Part shown: in pieces, positions 37,587 through 51,602 of the stretch | Numbering within the stretch: the first letter of the stretch is position 1 | Layout: each line of letters begins with the position of its first letter | NCBI GenBank assembly: GCA_000320545.1 | Contig: ADNK01001946.1 | Coordinates: 7,419-71,418, forward strand | Source of the DNA: Bigelowiella natans CCMP2755 | Taxonomy: Eukaryota > Protista > Cercozoa | Direction of reading: 5' to 3' | DNA length: 64,000 nt | Made by a program: the position numbers and the translations under genes | The notes under the pieces: generated by a model | Told to the model about the DNA's origin: nothing | The model's input: only the letters and a program-made list of their open reading frames with translations | Databases searched by the model: none

Positions 37587-38114
37587 CTTCCGCGTTTTTC
37601 TCATATCACCGTTGTTATTTCTTAATATTCTCACTCTCTTCCTCCTCCCCGTCCTCCTCCCCGCCTTATTCCCGTATTTTCGTCTTCTTATATCAATATT
37701 TCTACTACTACTACCACCATTACTACTACTACTACTGCTACTACTACTACTGCGATGATAACGACAACGATGATGACGATGACGATGACGATGATCACAA
37801 CGGCGCAGTACTCAATGTCTGCCCCACGGATGTTCAGCAGCCAGGAGACGTCATCGAGCTTGGAAACCTAACCATCAAAGCACCAACCACACAATGCAGG
37901 CTCTAATCTGATGAAGGCGAGTATGCGCTCGTTTGCTGCTGTATAGCCAGATGCGCTTGAGAAGGCGTTTTCCTACCAGCAATGCGTCCGCGCCCATTCC
38001 TCGGATCTCGTCTCGGAGCTGTTTTGTTAGAAGAGAGGCCGTCAAGTCAAAGCAGCGAGAATAGTCGATCTCCGCAGTCAGTAGAGTGTTTTGATCTTGC
38101 AGCAATCTTGTCTC

Positions 38115-38165
<51 letters not shown>

Positions 38166-39263
38166 TAACTAATCCATTCCCCCCCCCCCCCCCCTTCCCT
38201 CCTCTACCCCCTTGCCTGCACTAGTACAACAGAGGGGAACAACGCGAAAACCGACGTCATCGCGTCACCATCCCTCGATCGATCAAGGCCTCTAAACGTG
38301 CTTAAGCGCATGTATACTCTCGCCACCGCTCTAGTCGTCATTGTTCGGCCTCGCTACCTTCTTCAGCTTGGCGCTCGCGGATTCCCCCGCCCACTTATCC
38401 GCGTGCAAGCGCAGCGGCGAGGTTGGATTGGAGGGCCTCTCCTGCCAGATACCTATCGTAATACAACATCTCATTGAGGACCTCGGCTGCTCTTTGAGAA
38501 TCATCATCATTTCGGTCAAAGCACGGTGCTGTCAAACTACCATCGATTAGGTTCGTTTCTTCAAGGACGACGGTGATCTCCTTCGCAGAGAGGACCTTCT
38601 CGAGCTCGGCAACCTGGTTGGCGGGGGGAGGGGATGAGAATGGGCGCGTGCGGCGTTCTTCATATAAGACTCAAGTCAGCTGCTCCGCTGCTGCGCAAGA
38701 GACCATTACAGCATCTGCACGCGGTAGAAGTTACACCTCGTTCGCGGTGTGGAGAAGCGGGTCGATCCCGACGTGACTGCCCGGCGCAAGAGAGTCTCGG
38801 AGCCATTCTGATATCTTCGGCGTGGAAGGAAGGCCTGCTTTCTGCAGCTTCCATTCCGAGCTCAACTCATCTATGGGTTCGTGTATTTATGGAATGGGGA
38901 CAAGGCGGGGGGGGGGGGGGGGGCATGTACGTAAGAATTACGGGCTGATATCATCAATCGAGTCGGAGGAAGTCTCTCGGGATAAAGAGGAAGAGGAGGA
39001 CGACGAGAAAGGCGAGGGAGGGGGGGATAGGGACCGGCGAGTACGCGCATACACAGACTAAAAGTATTGGTTATAAGCATGTTTCTAAAATATATATATA
39101 TATATATTAATCAATTCATATATGTATATCGTGTTGTTTGACATTTGAAAAAGCACATGTACCGTCAGCTTGGAGGAAATAGCGCCCATCCGTCCATAAG
39201 CAGGCGTTGTCGCGAGTAATGACCTGTAAAGGGAGATAAGACAGAGAGACGGAGAGACGGGGA

Positions 39264-39299
<36 letters not shown>

Positions 39300-39348
39300 A
39301 CGAGAGAGAACGAATCTAATCACTGGTTGTTCCCAATAAGTGGATATA

Positions 39349-39390
<42 letters not shown>

Positions 39391-40218
39391 GCGTGTTTGT
39401 GTGTTTGTGTGTGTGTGTGTGTGTGAAGATTACAACACAACGTATAGATATATTTCCAGAAGATCATTTTCGCCGATAAACTTTGAAAAGCGAGGCTGTA
39501 TTTCGAAAGAAGCACATCCATCACACGACCAACTACCGCTGTTCCGGCACTGCCGGTAAAGCCTGAGATATATTCACGACGGGCAAAGCAGTTGGGGGGG
39601 TACTCGCTCTGGTGAGGGTCTGCAGTGGGGACGATATAGGCGTCCTGATCGAGGAGAGAGGGTGTACGTCGGAAAACATGATTTTTCATAATTCAGTATG
39701 TATTGACCCTCAGCGGCAGAGGGGGGGGAGAGGGAGAGAGGGAGGGAGAGAGAGAGGGAGGGGGGGGGAGAGAAGTATGGGTAGTCAGCAGTTGATTTTA
39801 TGCAGTTTCGAATGAGAAGCAGCAATGGCACAGAGCACCAGTTTCTTATCCTCCAAGAGGGTCCGTAATTGCTGCAGCTTGATCTCATCTCCTAAACAAA
39901 TAAAATGCCGTCACCGATTTCTCCTTCACCAAAACAAACACACATCGAATCCCCCCCCCCCTCCCCCCGCAATATCCTATATCAAAGCAATCAGTGGTGG
40001 GTATTTAACGCACCGGGCGTGGTTTCCTCGACGCTACCACTCTTTGCGGCGCATGCAGAGAAAGAGGCTGCTCGTTGCTGTCGGGAAGAAGGTAGCAGCG
40101 GTTTGCTAAAGCCAAGTGTCGGGTGATGAACTACTGGACTTCGCTGCTGCTGTTGTGCGTATGAAACCAGGTTCCTCCTCCGCAGTTGTCGAGCTAGTGA
40201 CTTCTGATGGCGTTTGAG

Positions 40219-40256
<38 letters not shown>

Positions 40257-40450
40257 GCAGAGAGAGCATTTCCAGTGATAGCGGTATGGTATACGATGGA
40301 ACTTTTTACTGTGTCAGCATGCACGCGATTTTTAGCGCTTTCGATAGCTAATCCTAAAGTCAGAAATCTGCCTATTCTACAAACGTATGCATTGAAGCTC
40401 ACCGCCTGCCTCCATTCGGCGCTGCGACTTGCCATTCGAGCACTGACCAT
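34307..40450 (-). CDS. Xaa-Pro aminopeptidase (aminopeptidase P, M24B, XPNPEP1-like), C-terminal part missing
   Basis: Exons read [15 protein letters not shown]...[120 protein letters not shown]; transit-like exon ~40010-40200; start uncertain. Confidence 0.88.
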
Positions 40451-41088
40451 TTAATCACCCCCCCACACACACACGCAACAACACATGCAATATCAGAGAG
40501 GGAGAATGCATCAGAGAAGCGCACCACACCAGACTTCGCGATTCGATTCACCTTGGTTGAAAGGAAATCGCACGCGTCTTTCCGCTGGAAAGAAGAGATC
40601 GGCCAATTCTCCCCCCACCCTACCAATTAGGGACAACAAGAATCACGATGCGCCCCGAACCTATCACCAAGATGCAAATAAAGGAAACGAAGCTCAACCT
40701 GTGAGTGCCAGAGGAATCCTATGGTCATCATCGATAGGCCAGCAATTGCAGCAGCGACCCCTCTCATACGATGTGAGTGGTGTGTGAGGGAGGAGGAGAG
40801 GGAATGTACGAGAAGCCGTGTGGCGAGGAATTCTCTGTCTCGCCCCGTATTGTTGCCGGAACTGTTGCGTTTTTAGGAAATAATTCATCCTGAAAACTAC
40901 CACTGGTAGAATATCGAAAATAAAACTAGGGATGTAAATGCCAAAATATAAGGTACGACAAGGGATAGAACGACAAATTGAAGAAAAACGGAAAAGAGCA
41001 CGGAAGTTATCCAAGTCGCTCGCCCCCCCCCGCTTGTGCTCTGCTGTGCTTCGGCCACAAACAAATAAAGAACCCCTCGCAGATTACG

Positions 41089-42810
41089 ATGGGACTGGAT
41101 TCCAATCTGCGAGTGGGTCTTCATTTGTTTATTCTCTACAGAATTAGGAATGATGTTATGAACGTCTCATTTGTCGAATACACAATGGTGTTCGTGGCTT
41201 TGGGTTGTTTGTCATGGAACTGGGGGCGCTTCAAAAGCCTCATACACCTCGCGTTCGGGCGGAAGGGAGAATTTATGAACATCGGAAACCAGACGCAGGG
41301 AGGGCGCCTAAATCTCGCCTCTAACTCGAAGTGGGAGATGTTCCTCATTTTCGCACCATGTGCGTATCTACTATGGGTCTTCACGCACCTTGCGATTGGC
41401 AGCTTGCTCCTGATATTTAGCTTCCACCAGTTGGCCTTGCCCTATCTAACTACAAGGGTCCCTCTTACACACCGCCGCAGATGGCTCTCACCCTTCGTTT
41501 CCAAAGCTCTTTACAGGTCCCTTGCTTTCCAGCGGTTTGTCATGTTCGAAGCAAGTAAAGAGGGGCAGCTGATGCCAGATGATAGCAATGAGCACAAGCG
41601 CGTCCGCCGCCTATTGGACGACCTCAAAATTCGGCGAGAGCGCAACGAATCATTGGGCACAGAAGACATGGTGTTTGACTACGACTGGCACATCGCAGTC
41701 ATCAGGAGCGACGAAGAAAATGCATTCACGTGGGGCTGGGGGACAATCGTAGTTTGCAGTGCTTTATTGGGCAGAGAGGATTACATTGTGCAGGGTGTCC
41801 TGAGCCATGAAATCGGCCATATGGTGTGTCGCCATGCCGACGAACTTGTTCCCGTTCTCACTTTCGCTCGAAACTTCCTCCTCCCAGCAATCAGGGAGAA
41901 GGCCTACCGGGATTTGGCGAGCGGAGCGTTAAAGTTGTTGAAGCTATCGTTCGGACGCGAGCAGGAAGAGGAAGCCGATGCATTCGCCGTGGAGCTCATG
42001 AAACACAAATGGGGAGATTCTAGGAGATCCAGGTCTCTCGTTCGTCTGTTCGCAGGGTGGAAGAATAGCACATCTTGCCCGGAGTATCGGTCTTGGGAGG
42101 CGCACATGCACTCTTTGCTGAGCACACACCCAACGCTGACGAGTCGCCAACGCGCCTGTGCCTGCCGCCTGGCAGGATACACGCACCGCGCAACCGTCGA
42201 GGGGCTGTTATATAGGGCGAGTTATTTTGGGTGGCTGGGTAGAGATCGGGCTTACCTCGGGGAATGGCATACCGCCTTGGCAAAGATTTTTTTATGGTTT
42301 ATTTGGTGGCCACTAGATGCCTGGTGGTGGAGGCGAAGCCTGCAGACCGTGACCGTGACCGTGAGGCACCCATTCGATCGATTGAAACTGCCAGATGGCG
42401 AAGCTCACATTCGAAGGTTGGAGCTCAGAGCTCTTGCGCCTCAGTATCTGATGCAGTACCGGAGCGCCCTTGTTGGAAACAGATCCAACGTAGAGAGCAG
42501 GGACCTTGACGAAACCGTGAGGGAGATCGTAGCGCTTGAGCTTAAGCGAAAACGGCGAAGGCATTGCTGCTCTTGCGGTACAAAGCATGAGCGGGACAGA
42601 TTTGCGAGAGAGGGTGAGCGAGAAGAGTTAGATGTCCACCACAACTACAAATGCTTGTGCTGCCTTACAGTTTTCTTCGGCTGTTGGGGTGTTGACCGCT
42701 GTTACAGAGGCCAGAGGTGTCTTGGAATCCTCAAGCTATTCTCAATGTCAATAGGACTTGGAGTGTTTTGGTGGATCTATGACATCGTTTTACTTTGCAA
42801 AGAGAGATGA
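41089..42810 (+). CDS. M48 (Oma1-like) zinc metallopeptidase with two TM2 domains (intronless)
   Basis: ENAFTWGWGTIVV, VLSHEIGH (HExxH), REQEEEAD, LSTHP; TM2-like GWLGRDRAYLG...WWPLD and FGCWGVDRCYRG...WWIYDIVLL. Start ATG 41089 or 41158. Confidence 0.85.
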   Translation: MGLDSNLRVGLHLFILYRIRNDVMNVSFVEYTMVFVALGCLSWNWGRFKSLIHLAFGRKGEFMNIGNQTQGGRLNLASNSKWEMFLIFAPCAYLLWVFTHLAIGSLLLIFSFHQLALPYLTTRVPLTHRRRWLSPFVSKALYRSLAFQRFVMFEASKEGQLMPDDSNEHKRVRRLLDDLKIRRERNESLGTEDMVFDYDWHIAVIRSDEENAFTWGWGTIVVCSALLGREDYIVQGVLSHEIGHMVCRHADELVPVLTFARNFLLPAIREKAYRDLASGALKLLKLSFGREQEEEADAFAVELMKHKWGDSRRSRSLVRLFAGWKNSTSCPEYRSWEAHMHSLLSTHPTLTSRQRACACRLAGYTHRATVEGLLYRASYFGWLGRDRAYLGEWHTALAKIFLWFIWWPLDAWWWRRSLQTVTVTVRHPFDRLKLPDGEAHIRRLELRALAPQYLMQYRSALVGNRSNVESRDLDETVREIVALELKRKRRRHCCSCGTKHERDRFAREGEREELDVHHNYKCLCCLTVFFGCWGVDRCYRGQRCLGILKLFSMSIGLGVFWWIYDIVLLCKER

Positions 42811-43009
42811 TAAAATGCTTGGTGCGCCTCGCTCCTGCAAGAGAGAAGATCGTTGCGGTGGGGGCGCAGTCATGCATACACACAATACAGATGCATAGGG
42901 TGTGCATATGTGTGCACACACAGTGTCTACTGTGCACCTACCAATGCCTAAGCTAGTAAGGGCGCACACATGGCGGCAGATTGAACGTTGAATCTACTCA
43001 ATAGACTTT

Positions 43010-43510
43010 ATAAACACGCAACGTTGCGAACATGCTAGCATGCTGGCATGGTGTGATCGAATGGCACAATCGATCATCACTAGATCATGCTGATCGATGT
43101 CAGACAATGCATGGCAGTAGATGATGCACCGACAAGCTAGCGTTGTGCGCTGCACTGTGGCATGTGTGTGAGACCAAAACATTTTGAGTCATCATTGCTC
43201 GTCATTGCAACAAAAGAACAATCGATCAAACCTAGCCGCTTCTTGCACTCTATGTGGGTGCTGTCTGCACGATCTAGACAATCACTTTGCTGTGGCTGCT
43301 GCCAGAAAGCTGTGCGCCGCAAGCGCAGTCTAGCAGTCTCCCACAATTGCACCAAAAACACACGTGGGGATGCAGCATCTTTCATGCAGACCGAACTAGC
43401 GAATGTCCAATGAGTGTGTGACATGCGATAGCTAGCGCATGCTAGCATGTGACATGTGCTGTGTGAGCATCATCAAATTTGCGTAGTCGCTGCATGATTT
43501 GACAACCGTA
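43010..43510. other. TpA-depleted, CTAG-rich intergenic tract 5
   Basis: Manual count in 43013-43507: 13 TA, made up of 9 CTAG, 3 non-C-TAG and 1 CTAT; none in other contexts. Confidence 0.85.
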
Positions 43511-43711
43511 AACAGGTGTCGCGAGGAACAATTCTCTAGTCCTATGTCCCCAGCATTGTTGCAGGAACTGTTGCGCTCAGATGAAAAATCCTAGGAAATA
43601 ATCAATGCCAACAACTACTACTTTTACAAATTTGGATAGTAAAACCAAGGAGGCAAGTGCCAAAATATGCGTGCGACAAGGAATTTGATACATATTTGAT
43701 TAAAAACGGCA

Positions 43712-45760
43712 ATGAGCATGGAAATCGTGGAGGAGAGATCTCCTAACAAGTCGCTCGCTACCCCCACCGCTGCTGTGCCTCGGCCCTCCTTCTTAGCGGA
43801 GAATGGTCTACCGATCCGCTTCGGTTGCTGGCGTTCTTCTCGCCATCCTAGCAGGGGTTTATCTACGCTCTCAATCGTCACATGTGGGTATATTTGGAAC
43901 CTCTTGAAATCGCACCGACCCTTCACCTGTCACCCTCCCTTCCTATTTAGGATGAGTACAGGAGCGTAATTTCCCAGTCAATAAATTATTTTAGCCGCAC
44001 AGGGGCGGGAGGAGTCCCCCTAGCCCCGATAATGATAGGTGCTTGCGTGTTTGTACTAACAATTTTGCATCGTCCCTCCCTCCCACGGAGCCCTTGACGG
44101 CGGCTCTGTAAAAAGGAAGGGAATCATCGGTGTTTCTCGCTGTCTTTGTAGCCCGTGCATGAAAAACTGTTATAATGTTGGCGTTTTTCTCCCCTTGCTT
44201 CGGTCGGAAGGTCATCCTGCTGCATGGAGAGGCGAAGAGCTCAGACGCTCGCCGCACCTCTGGATCAAGAACTTCACGGGAGAAGACTTGCGTGACCTCA
44301 AAGCCGCCACAACCGCTGCAATGTAAGCTTGCTATAGTGCTGCGACATGACAATGCTGCGCTAATATGCGGTTTCTAGCGACAACAAAGGATACCAATGC
44401 GTCAGGCGACGCTCTTCAATGTGGTTGTGAGAGCCACTGTGGACAAATATTAATGGAAGAACTGCAGAGAATTTGCACGCGATGCGATGCGGGTTGGTGC
44501 AGCGCCCTGACCGGAGCAATGATTGGAAAACTGTGCTTTGTTCAGTGAAACGCTAAGGGCCGGGAATCGATCTCTGGGGACTCTGCAGAAGGTGGGTGGC
44601 GGCATTTCCATTCAATTGATGAGTCGATACAAACTCCCCGGGTGCCCAAGCACATGAGAAGCCCCGCACGCGCTCACGCAAATGCAAATGCCTCTGCCCC
44701 TCTCCCCCATCAGAGAGACTTCCCGCTCTCTGTCCGGCTGCGAGCCAACGTCTCCTCGTGGAGGAGGGAGGTGCACACACAGAGCGGCAGGGGGTTCGTC
44801 ATCATCAGGGGAATCCGGGTTGCAGAATGGGCGGATGAAGAGCTTGAGACGCTGTTTTGGGCGCTTGGAAAGTACCTCGGAATACCCAGAGCGCAGGACA
44901 GCGACGGCAAGCTGCTTGGGCATGTCAGAGACATTGGCGAGGACGCCAGCCGCGTTCGGCAGTACAAAACAAACGCCCATATCAAGTACGTTGTGTGTCT
45001 TTTGCTCTTGTTCCGGGAAACGATAGAAACCACAACGTGCATCTCACCCCCCCCCCTCCCCCTCCCCATGGGGAGGGTTACTTGTGTACCGTAGCAGCTT
45101 TGATTTGGTGCTTTAGATTCAGGATGATTTGTGGTGTTTTTCGCATTGTTTTCGCCGTATCTTCCCCGCTCCGCAGGGCACACTGTGACTCCGCGGATGT
45201 AGTCGGGCTGCTGTGCGTGTCGCAAGGGGAGAGCGGCGGCCATTCACGGCTGGTTTCGTCTGTGTCCGTCTTCAATGAGCTGGTGCAGAGGTAGGAGGGC
45301 GAAGCAGGAAGAGAAGGAAATGTTTAGAACGATGATGATGATGATGAGGATGATGACGATGATGAAGATGGTGATGATGATGATGGTGACGGTGACGATG
45401 ATGATGATGATGATGATGATGATAATGATGATGCAGATGATGATGATAATGGTGACATTGACAGTGCCATGCGCTCATCTTCAAGTAGCGTTGTGAATAA
45501 TCCCCTGCCGAGGTTCATCATCATCCTTGCCTTTCGTACACCATGCAAATGAAGGGACCCTCGATGTAGCAGCTGTGAGCTTCATCTCGATCTGAATGCT
45601 GCTGCTTGTTCTCTGATTTGTAGATACCCAAGGGAATACGTCTCCCGGTTGTTTAGGCCATTTCCTTTAGATGTTCGCGGTAGTGGGGGAATCAGGTCAG
45701 TGCTTGTTTAGGGAACGAGAGGAGAGGAGGGGAGGTGTTATGGGGGATGATATAATAGCA

Positions 45761-45802
<42 letters not shown>

Positions 45803-46059
45803 AATATTTATATCTATATATTTTATATATGTTCCGATCAAGAACATCAACCGATATATCACTCCTTCCCCATCCTGAATTGAAGGAACTGAGCAAGCAC
45901 ATACCGTTGCTCCACTGCTTGCCGCCCCCCTGCTTTTTATGCTCTATTTCCTGATATTGGGACACAAATAACCTTGCAGCTGGATTCCGATATCGCCCCT
46001 TCGCTACGGTCTAGATGGCCGCCTCCGCTCATTTTATCACACCGAGTAGTAAATCCGAA

Positions 46060-46091
<32 letters not shown>

Positions 46092-46501
46092 GATATAATA
46101 AACGTATGATACACATTTAGATAAGCACGGGTTGTGTGTGGGCATTGCTAGTTTTGCGGGTTGCAAGTGTAAGTCCGAAGTGCCGATAGTTTCAGCCTTG
46201 CGACACGGCTATTTCACGACGATATATGGCATATCTGCATAGTTGCACAATGCGAGAGATGGAAGGGGGGAAGGCCTCTTCGCCTATTTGTTTATTGGTA
46301 TCTCAATTGCCTGCTTGCTCTTAACGCCGATTCGAGGTACTTTCGGAGCGTGTACTGGGAGCATGTCCGCGATAAACCTGCCGACAAAATACCGAGGGAG
46401 GATGAGAAGGTGTAGAAAAGCGACGTGGTTTGCGCATCGTAATAGATTCGAGGGTTTCGCGTTGAGAGGAAAAAATCATCGCGTCATCAAAGTCACTAGT
46501 T

Positions 46502-46538
<37 letters not shown>

Positions 46539-46569
46539 CCCCTCCAACCTCCCCCCTCCCCCCTCTCTA

Positions 46570-46627
<58 letters not shown>

Positions 46628-46632
46628 ACTCT

Positions 46633-46670
<38 letters not shown>

Positions 46671-46958
46671 GTTGTATCATTCTCTTCGCTATGATGTAGG
46701 TGCTAGATGCTTACGATTCCGTCGTTAATGATCCGGCCCTCTACCTCGACATGAAGTTTGAGGAAGGTGCTGTTATCATCCACAACCAACACGTGCAGAG
46801 GGAGAGGCAGGAGAAACGAAATACATTGCATGTATCAGTTGTGTCTAGAATCCGCGCTCGCGCGGGTTTACGAATGATTATGCTTATGAATATAATATTT
46901 ATATAATTATATTTATTAAAGATTGATATAATATTCATAAATATATATACATATACAA

Positions 46959-46996
<38 letters not shown>

Positions 46997-47532
46997 AAAT
47001 GAAATAGACGATATCGTTGTTGCATAATTGCAGGAGACATCCAGCTCGTGAGCAACCATTTTGTCCTGCACGCCCGAACAGCATTCACCGATAGCCAAGA
47101 ACACAAACGGTACTCGTGGTGATGGCGATGTGATGCTGGAAGGAGGAGAAGGAGGAGGGGGAGGAAGAGGAGGATAAGGGTCAGGGATAATTGATATCGC
47201 TATTGTTTTTGGTGGGTTGACAGCTCTTATTTATTCTAACCGTCATCTTTCCCTCTGTGTGTACTTTATGCTTCATCGTGCGTGTATGTTCTAGGCATTT
47301 ATTACGTCTTTGGCTGTCTCTTGAAAGCGAGACAGAGGAGGAGGAGAAGGAGGGAAGTAAGGGGGTTGGTGGTGACACTGATACAACAACCACTAGACTG
47401 CATTCAATCATTGCATCGCAATCTGACTGGATATCCCGGAGGGCAGATACGCTCGCACTTGTTGCTGGTCTGGCTGTTGCGAAATTCAGGTCTTCTTCGG
47501 TCGGAAAAGCGCTTGCTAGCATGTTTCGTTAA
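43712..47532 (+). CDS. TauD/TfdA-family Fe(II)/2-oxoglutarate dioxygenase (multi-exon)
   Basis: HPAAWRGEEL, GRGFVIIRG, QDSDGKLLGHVRD, HCDSADVVGLLCVSQGESGGHSRLVSS (HxD), GDIQLVSNHFVLHARTAF, RHLLRLWL. Confidence 0.9.
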
Positions 47533-47559
47533 TAGGAAGCTAACTAGCTAAGAGAGCCT

Positions 47560-47990
47560 GGTTCGTCATCAAAGGGGCAATGACTAGAACTAGATAATGT
47601 AATTGCATGCGGCCATGTGGTTTGACTACGAGCTATAGTTGTCATCATGCCATCTCAAAAACGCACAGTGACCACCCATGCACAGTGATGAGTGAGTGGC
47701 CTCTTGGCCGTTTGTCTGAAATCAGTAGCAAACTAGCAAACAATGCAAGATTCGACTACCATCAGTAGGTCTTGCTAGCTTGCGTGCAGGCACAGCTCTA
47801 GTGCGGTAGCGCTAGATCGACAGATCATGCATCGCAACAAACATGATGATTTGCTTGATGATGCAGCGCATATGCTACATGAACATGTGCCAGCACATCC
47901 ACACTCTAGCACTGTGCCATGTTACATGCTAGCATGCAGGCATGAGAAAATTGTAACTAGTCGCCATCCTCCGGCTAGAACGCACATTCG
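47560..47990. other. TpA-depleted, CTAG-rich intergenic tract 6
   Basis: In ~47605-47870 every TA is in CTA or TAG context; CATG/TGCA rich. Confidence 0.75.
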
Positions 47991-48119
47991 TAGCGGATGC
48001 ACATACATCTTATCTGTCCTAGATTACACCCATTCACTGGGTCTTGCCTAATCGCCCTTATTGCTGCTACCGATTCCCACAAATCCATCACTTCCATCGT
48101 CGGAGAGAGCACGATAGGC

Positions 48120-48160
<41 letters not shown>

Positions 48161-48299
48161 CTATAATGATACGTGTGTTGCGAGCGAGCGCGCGCGCGCC
48201 GCGCTGCTGTGTAAATTCGCAATTAAGATGTACCGTCGAAGGCTGCGTAATGACCCTTTCTCGGCACTGTGTTAACTCGAGGTAGAGCATGGCGCTGTT

Positions 48300-48419
48300 T
48301 GATGTAAAGCACATGTAAGATGCAAGGATGATGCTGGAAAATGGGTGTGAAAAATGGAGGGGATCCAACACTCACTCTACCATCTATGTGCAAATTCAAA
48401 AATGATGATCTATTGGCTT

Positions 48420-48469
<50 letters not shown>

Positions 48470-48483
48470 CCATCGCTCTTTCA

Positions 48484-48524
<41 letters not shown>

Positions 48525-48814
48525 TATATCGTGGGGGAGTCGGGATGAACAGATTCTTGTCGACAACGCTTCTCTCTTATAAAACATAAATACATATATA
48601 TATTATCCTCCCCCCCTTCCATCCCTTGAGACCAGCAACCACCTGATATACGTCGCAACGAGGTACAAACAAGCTGACTGCGACGCAAACATCTGCAGAT
48701 TGTAAAGCGAAAAATTAAATCTTCTTCAACATACGAATATCAATGCGCTATTCCCCTTCATCCGGGAGAAGAGAAGTGTTTGCTGCTCAATTGCATGTGT
48801 AAGGAGGTTGAGTC

Positions 48815-48880
<66 letters not shown>

Positions 48881-51084
48881 GAGAGAGCTGATTGAATTCT
48901 TTGAATTCGGAGCTGGGATTTAGCCAAATGCTGAGAACCTACCGCACAGAAAAGCACGTTTTTACCCCATATTCTACCGTAACTCCCTGCTCACAAACTA
49001 CTGACAACGCATACTGGCTAACTAGAGGTAGTGTTTGAATGCAGTGGTAATCGTGGAGTGAAAGAGCCAATGCCACGGCATTTCACCTGCTGCCTTTTAG
49101 GCTATGCCATATGTGGGCACGTTATGTTATGTGTGTGTGTGTGTGTGTGTGCGTCGTAAGTATAAAAATCTAATCTCCGCTGAACATTCCCCCCATTCTT
49201 CCTCTGTCTATTCTTCTCCTCCTCCTCATCCTCCTCCTCCCATGGGTGCTCTCCTCCATCCACCCTATGGCTGCTGTTGCTGCTACCTGCTGAATCTCCG
49301 TCAAGAAGACGAGCATGGAGAGGAACGCATGGCTAAAGATCTATGGGGGATATACAGAGAGACATAAGATCAATAATGGTGACAGCAACGTATTGATCTA
49401 AAAAACAAAACAAAACAAAAAATATATAGAAACGCCCCCCCCCCCCCCCCCCCCGCAGCAGCTGCGCTTCGTTGAGGCACGCACCATGTTGATATAAAAT
49501 CCAGCGTCGTTTGAGATACCGACGTACCCTACGGCTCCGATTAACAACCCGCGCATACCATCGAATCTGCGCGAACGAGGCGGGAGGGGGGAGGGGGGAG
49601 GGGAGGGGAAATATGGTTCTCATGCTAGCCGTACAAAGGGCGTTTCTCTCGACAAAAACGGACGGTGGACATCGTTCAGTATTGTTTTTAATGCCTAGGC
49701 TTATGGTTGGTGCTGTGGATGGCGATCGTCGGGATTTCTCCTACTACTCTTAAAGGCAAGCGTGTTGAACTCGCCGTATTTTGTGTTTTTTCAAGCTTGT
49801 AATAAAGACAGGTAAGTTTTGGAATTGTAGCTACCCCATGACTATGCGGCAGAGCCCAAAGCAAGCTTGTAGGCCTATCATTAGGAGAAGAAAATTGATA
49901 AGTGTTGGATGTGACGCACAGTGTCGCTCGATTTGAACTGCGTTCATATAAAAATGGGAGTTCAGAACGAGCCTGCTTGAGGGGGGTACAAGACTTTTTT
50001 GAAAGGGAAACTATCAGTGGTCTGCACAGGATATTTATTGACTTCCTACAGATATTAGGGTTTCTACCGAGAAGCAGCAAAAGAATGGAGGAGCGACTCT
50101 TTGCCTTCTCATCAGGAATGACGCTGTGTGGTATAAGGCATGGAAGGAAGTAGTTTCACGGGCAACTCTCATATGGAGGCACGGGAGAAGAGAAATCTTA
50201 TTTGACGAGATCAAAGCTATATATGCTATTTCTGGCCTCGATTGACAACCCCTTTTCACACAACACGAGTAGGAGGGGTAGAAGGCTGCTATGTTCAACG
50301 CATTCGTCACCTCTTCTCAAGGCATGTGCAACAGCCTGATGAAGAATCGTCAGCCATTGTCATCCGCCCTAACAATATAAGCACTAATCAATTTAAGGTT
50401 GCAAGACAGATCATAGGAGTGCAGCGTTGAACCTGATTGTCCTTCCTTGCGAAGGGGTGGGGGGAAGGAGTACTGTATGTGAAGGAGAAAGGATGTGATT
50501 CCGAAGGGGAAACACCTTAAATTTGTAGTTCTTTTAAGTAAAAATGCCGTTTATTATTCTCTACGACAACTCCTTTATCCTTGTCGCCTTTAAATAATTC
50601 CATGTAATTTAGGACTCTCTAACCCTTTTATTCGCGGCGCATGTTGGGAAGAGCTTATAATTAAATAGGATCCTTTTTATCCCCGATATATTCACATGTG
50701 CACTATCAAAACAGCACGTCCAGCATTCGAATTTAACCCCAGTTTTCGGCGAATTAAATGGCTGCGATACACCCGATTTATTGTCGCCTCTTCTGAGTTA
50801 CATGTATTTTTCTGACGTTGTTAGTTGTTATGATTCATTAGTTCTGAAAATAAACATTAGCATATTCCTCCGATAATTCGTTGATTTGTCGAAACAACGA
50901 GAAAATAGGGCATCCCCCCCCTCGGCACAGGACGGAGTGAGTTACCTCTCAGCCTAGAATGGTTGTAGAGCAGCTCCGTGTGGGGATTTCGGTCTATTCG
51001 AGGAAGTGAAACTGGAAGAGGGCGGGCGAATCTCGTTAGCCATCTCTTTGCTATGCCTGTAATGGCCGTCACTACTTCCGCCAT
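48300..51084 (-). CDS. Hypothetical multi-exon gene (possibly membrane protein)
   Basis: AG/GT-bounded segments such as IRWYARVVNRSRRVRR, IFSHAFLSMLVFLTEIQQ, VLSIWLNPSSEFKEFNQLSQ; candidate start MAEVVTAITG at 51084. Confidence 0.35.
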
Positions 51085-51540
51085 CTTTCTCGTCCTTGCA
51101 TTTCTCTCCAGTCTGGATCTTCCGGGGAGGGTATTTGTTTAAAGCCACGTGTCTAACGCTAGAAAGTGATTTCCTCTTAGCAAGGATAATCTCTCCGCAC
51201 AGGTTGTCACCCGAGTGCCTCAGCGCTGTGGCCGTTGCTTCCAGCGAGATAGGGGGGGGACACGGAGAACATCGTGGAAGTTTCTACGCGGAGGAGGTCT
51301 CATCACTGCTCCATGCAACTTCCAACTAATTCGGTTTCGGTCATCACGAAGTGCATACAACCGCGCGCGCGCAACCACGCAAAACGTCGGTACACGCGGG
51401 GTGCGTACCCGCCAAAATAGTGACGCATTGCCTTTCGTATAGGCAAAGAAAAGAATGCTAATTCCGCTGTGGGAACTCCGCCAAAGCAGGAGCTGGAAAT
51501 TGTAAAAAATAAATCAGTTTTGTTACATCATGCTCGCTCG

Positions 51541-51602
<62 letters not shown>

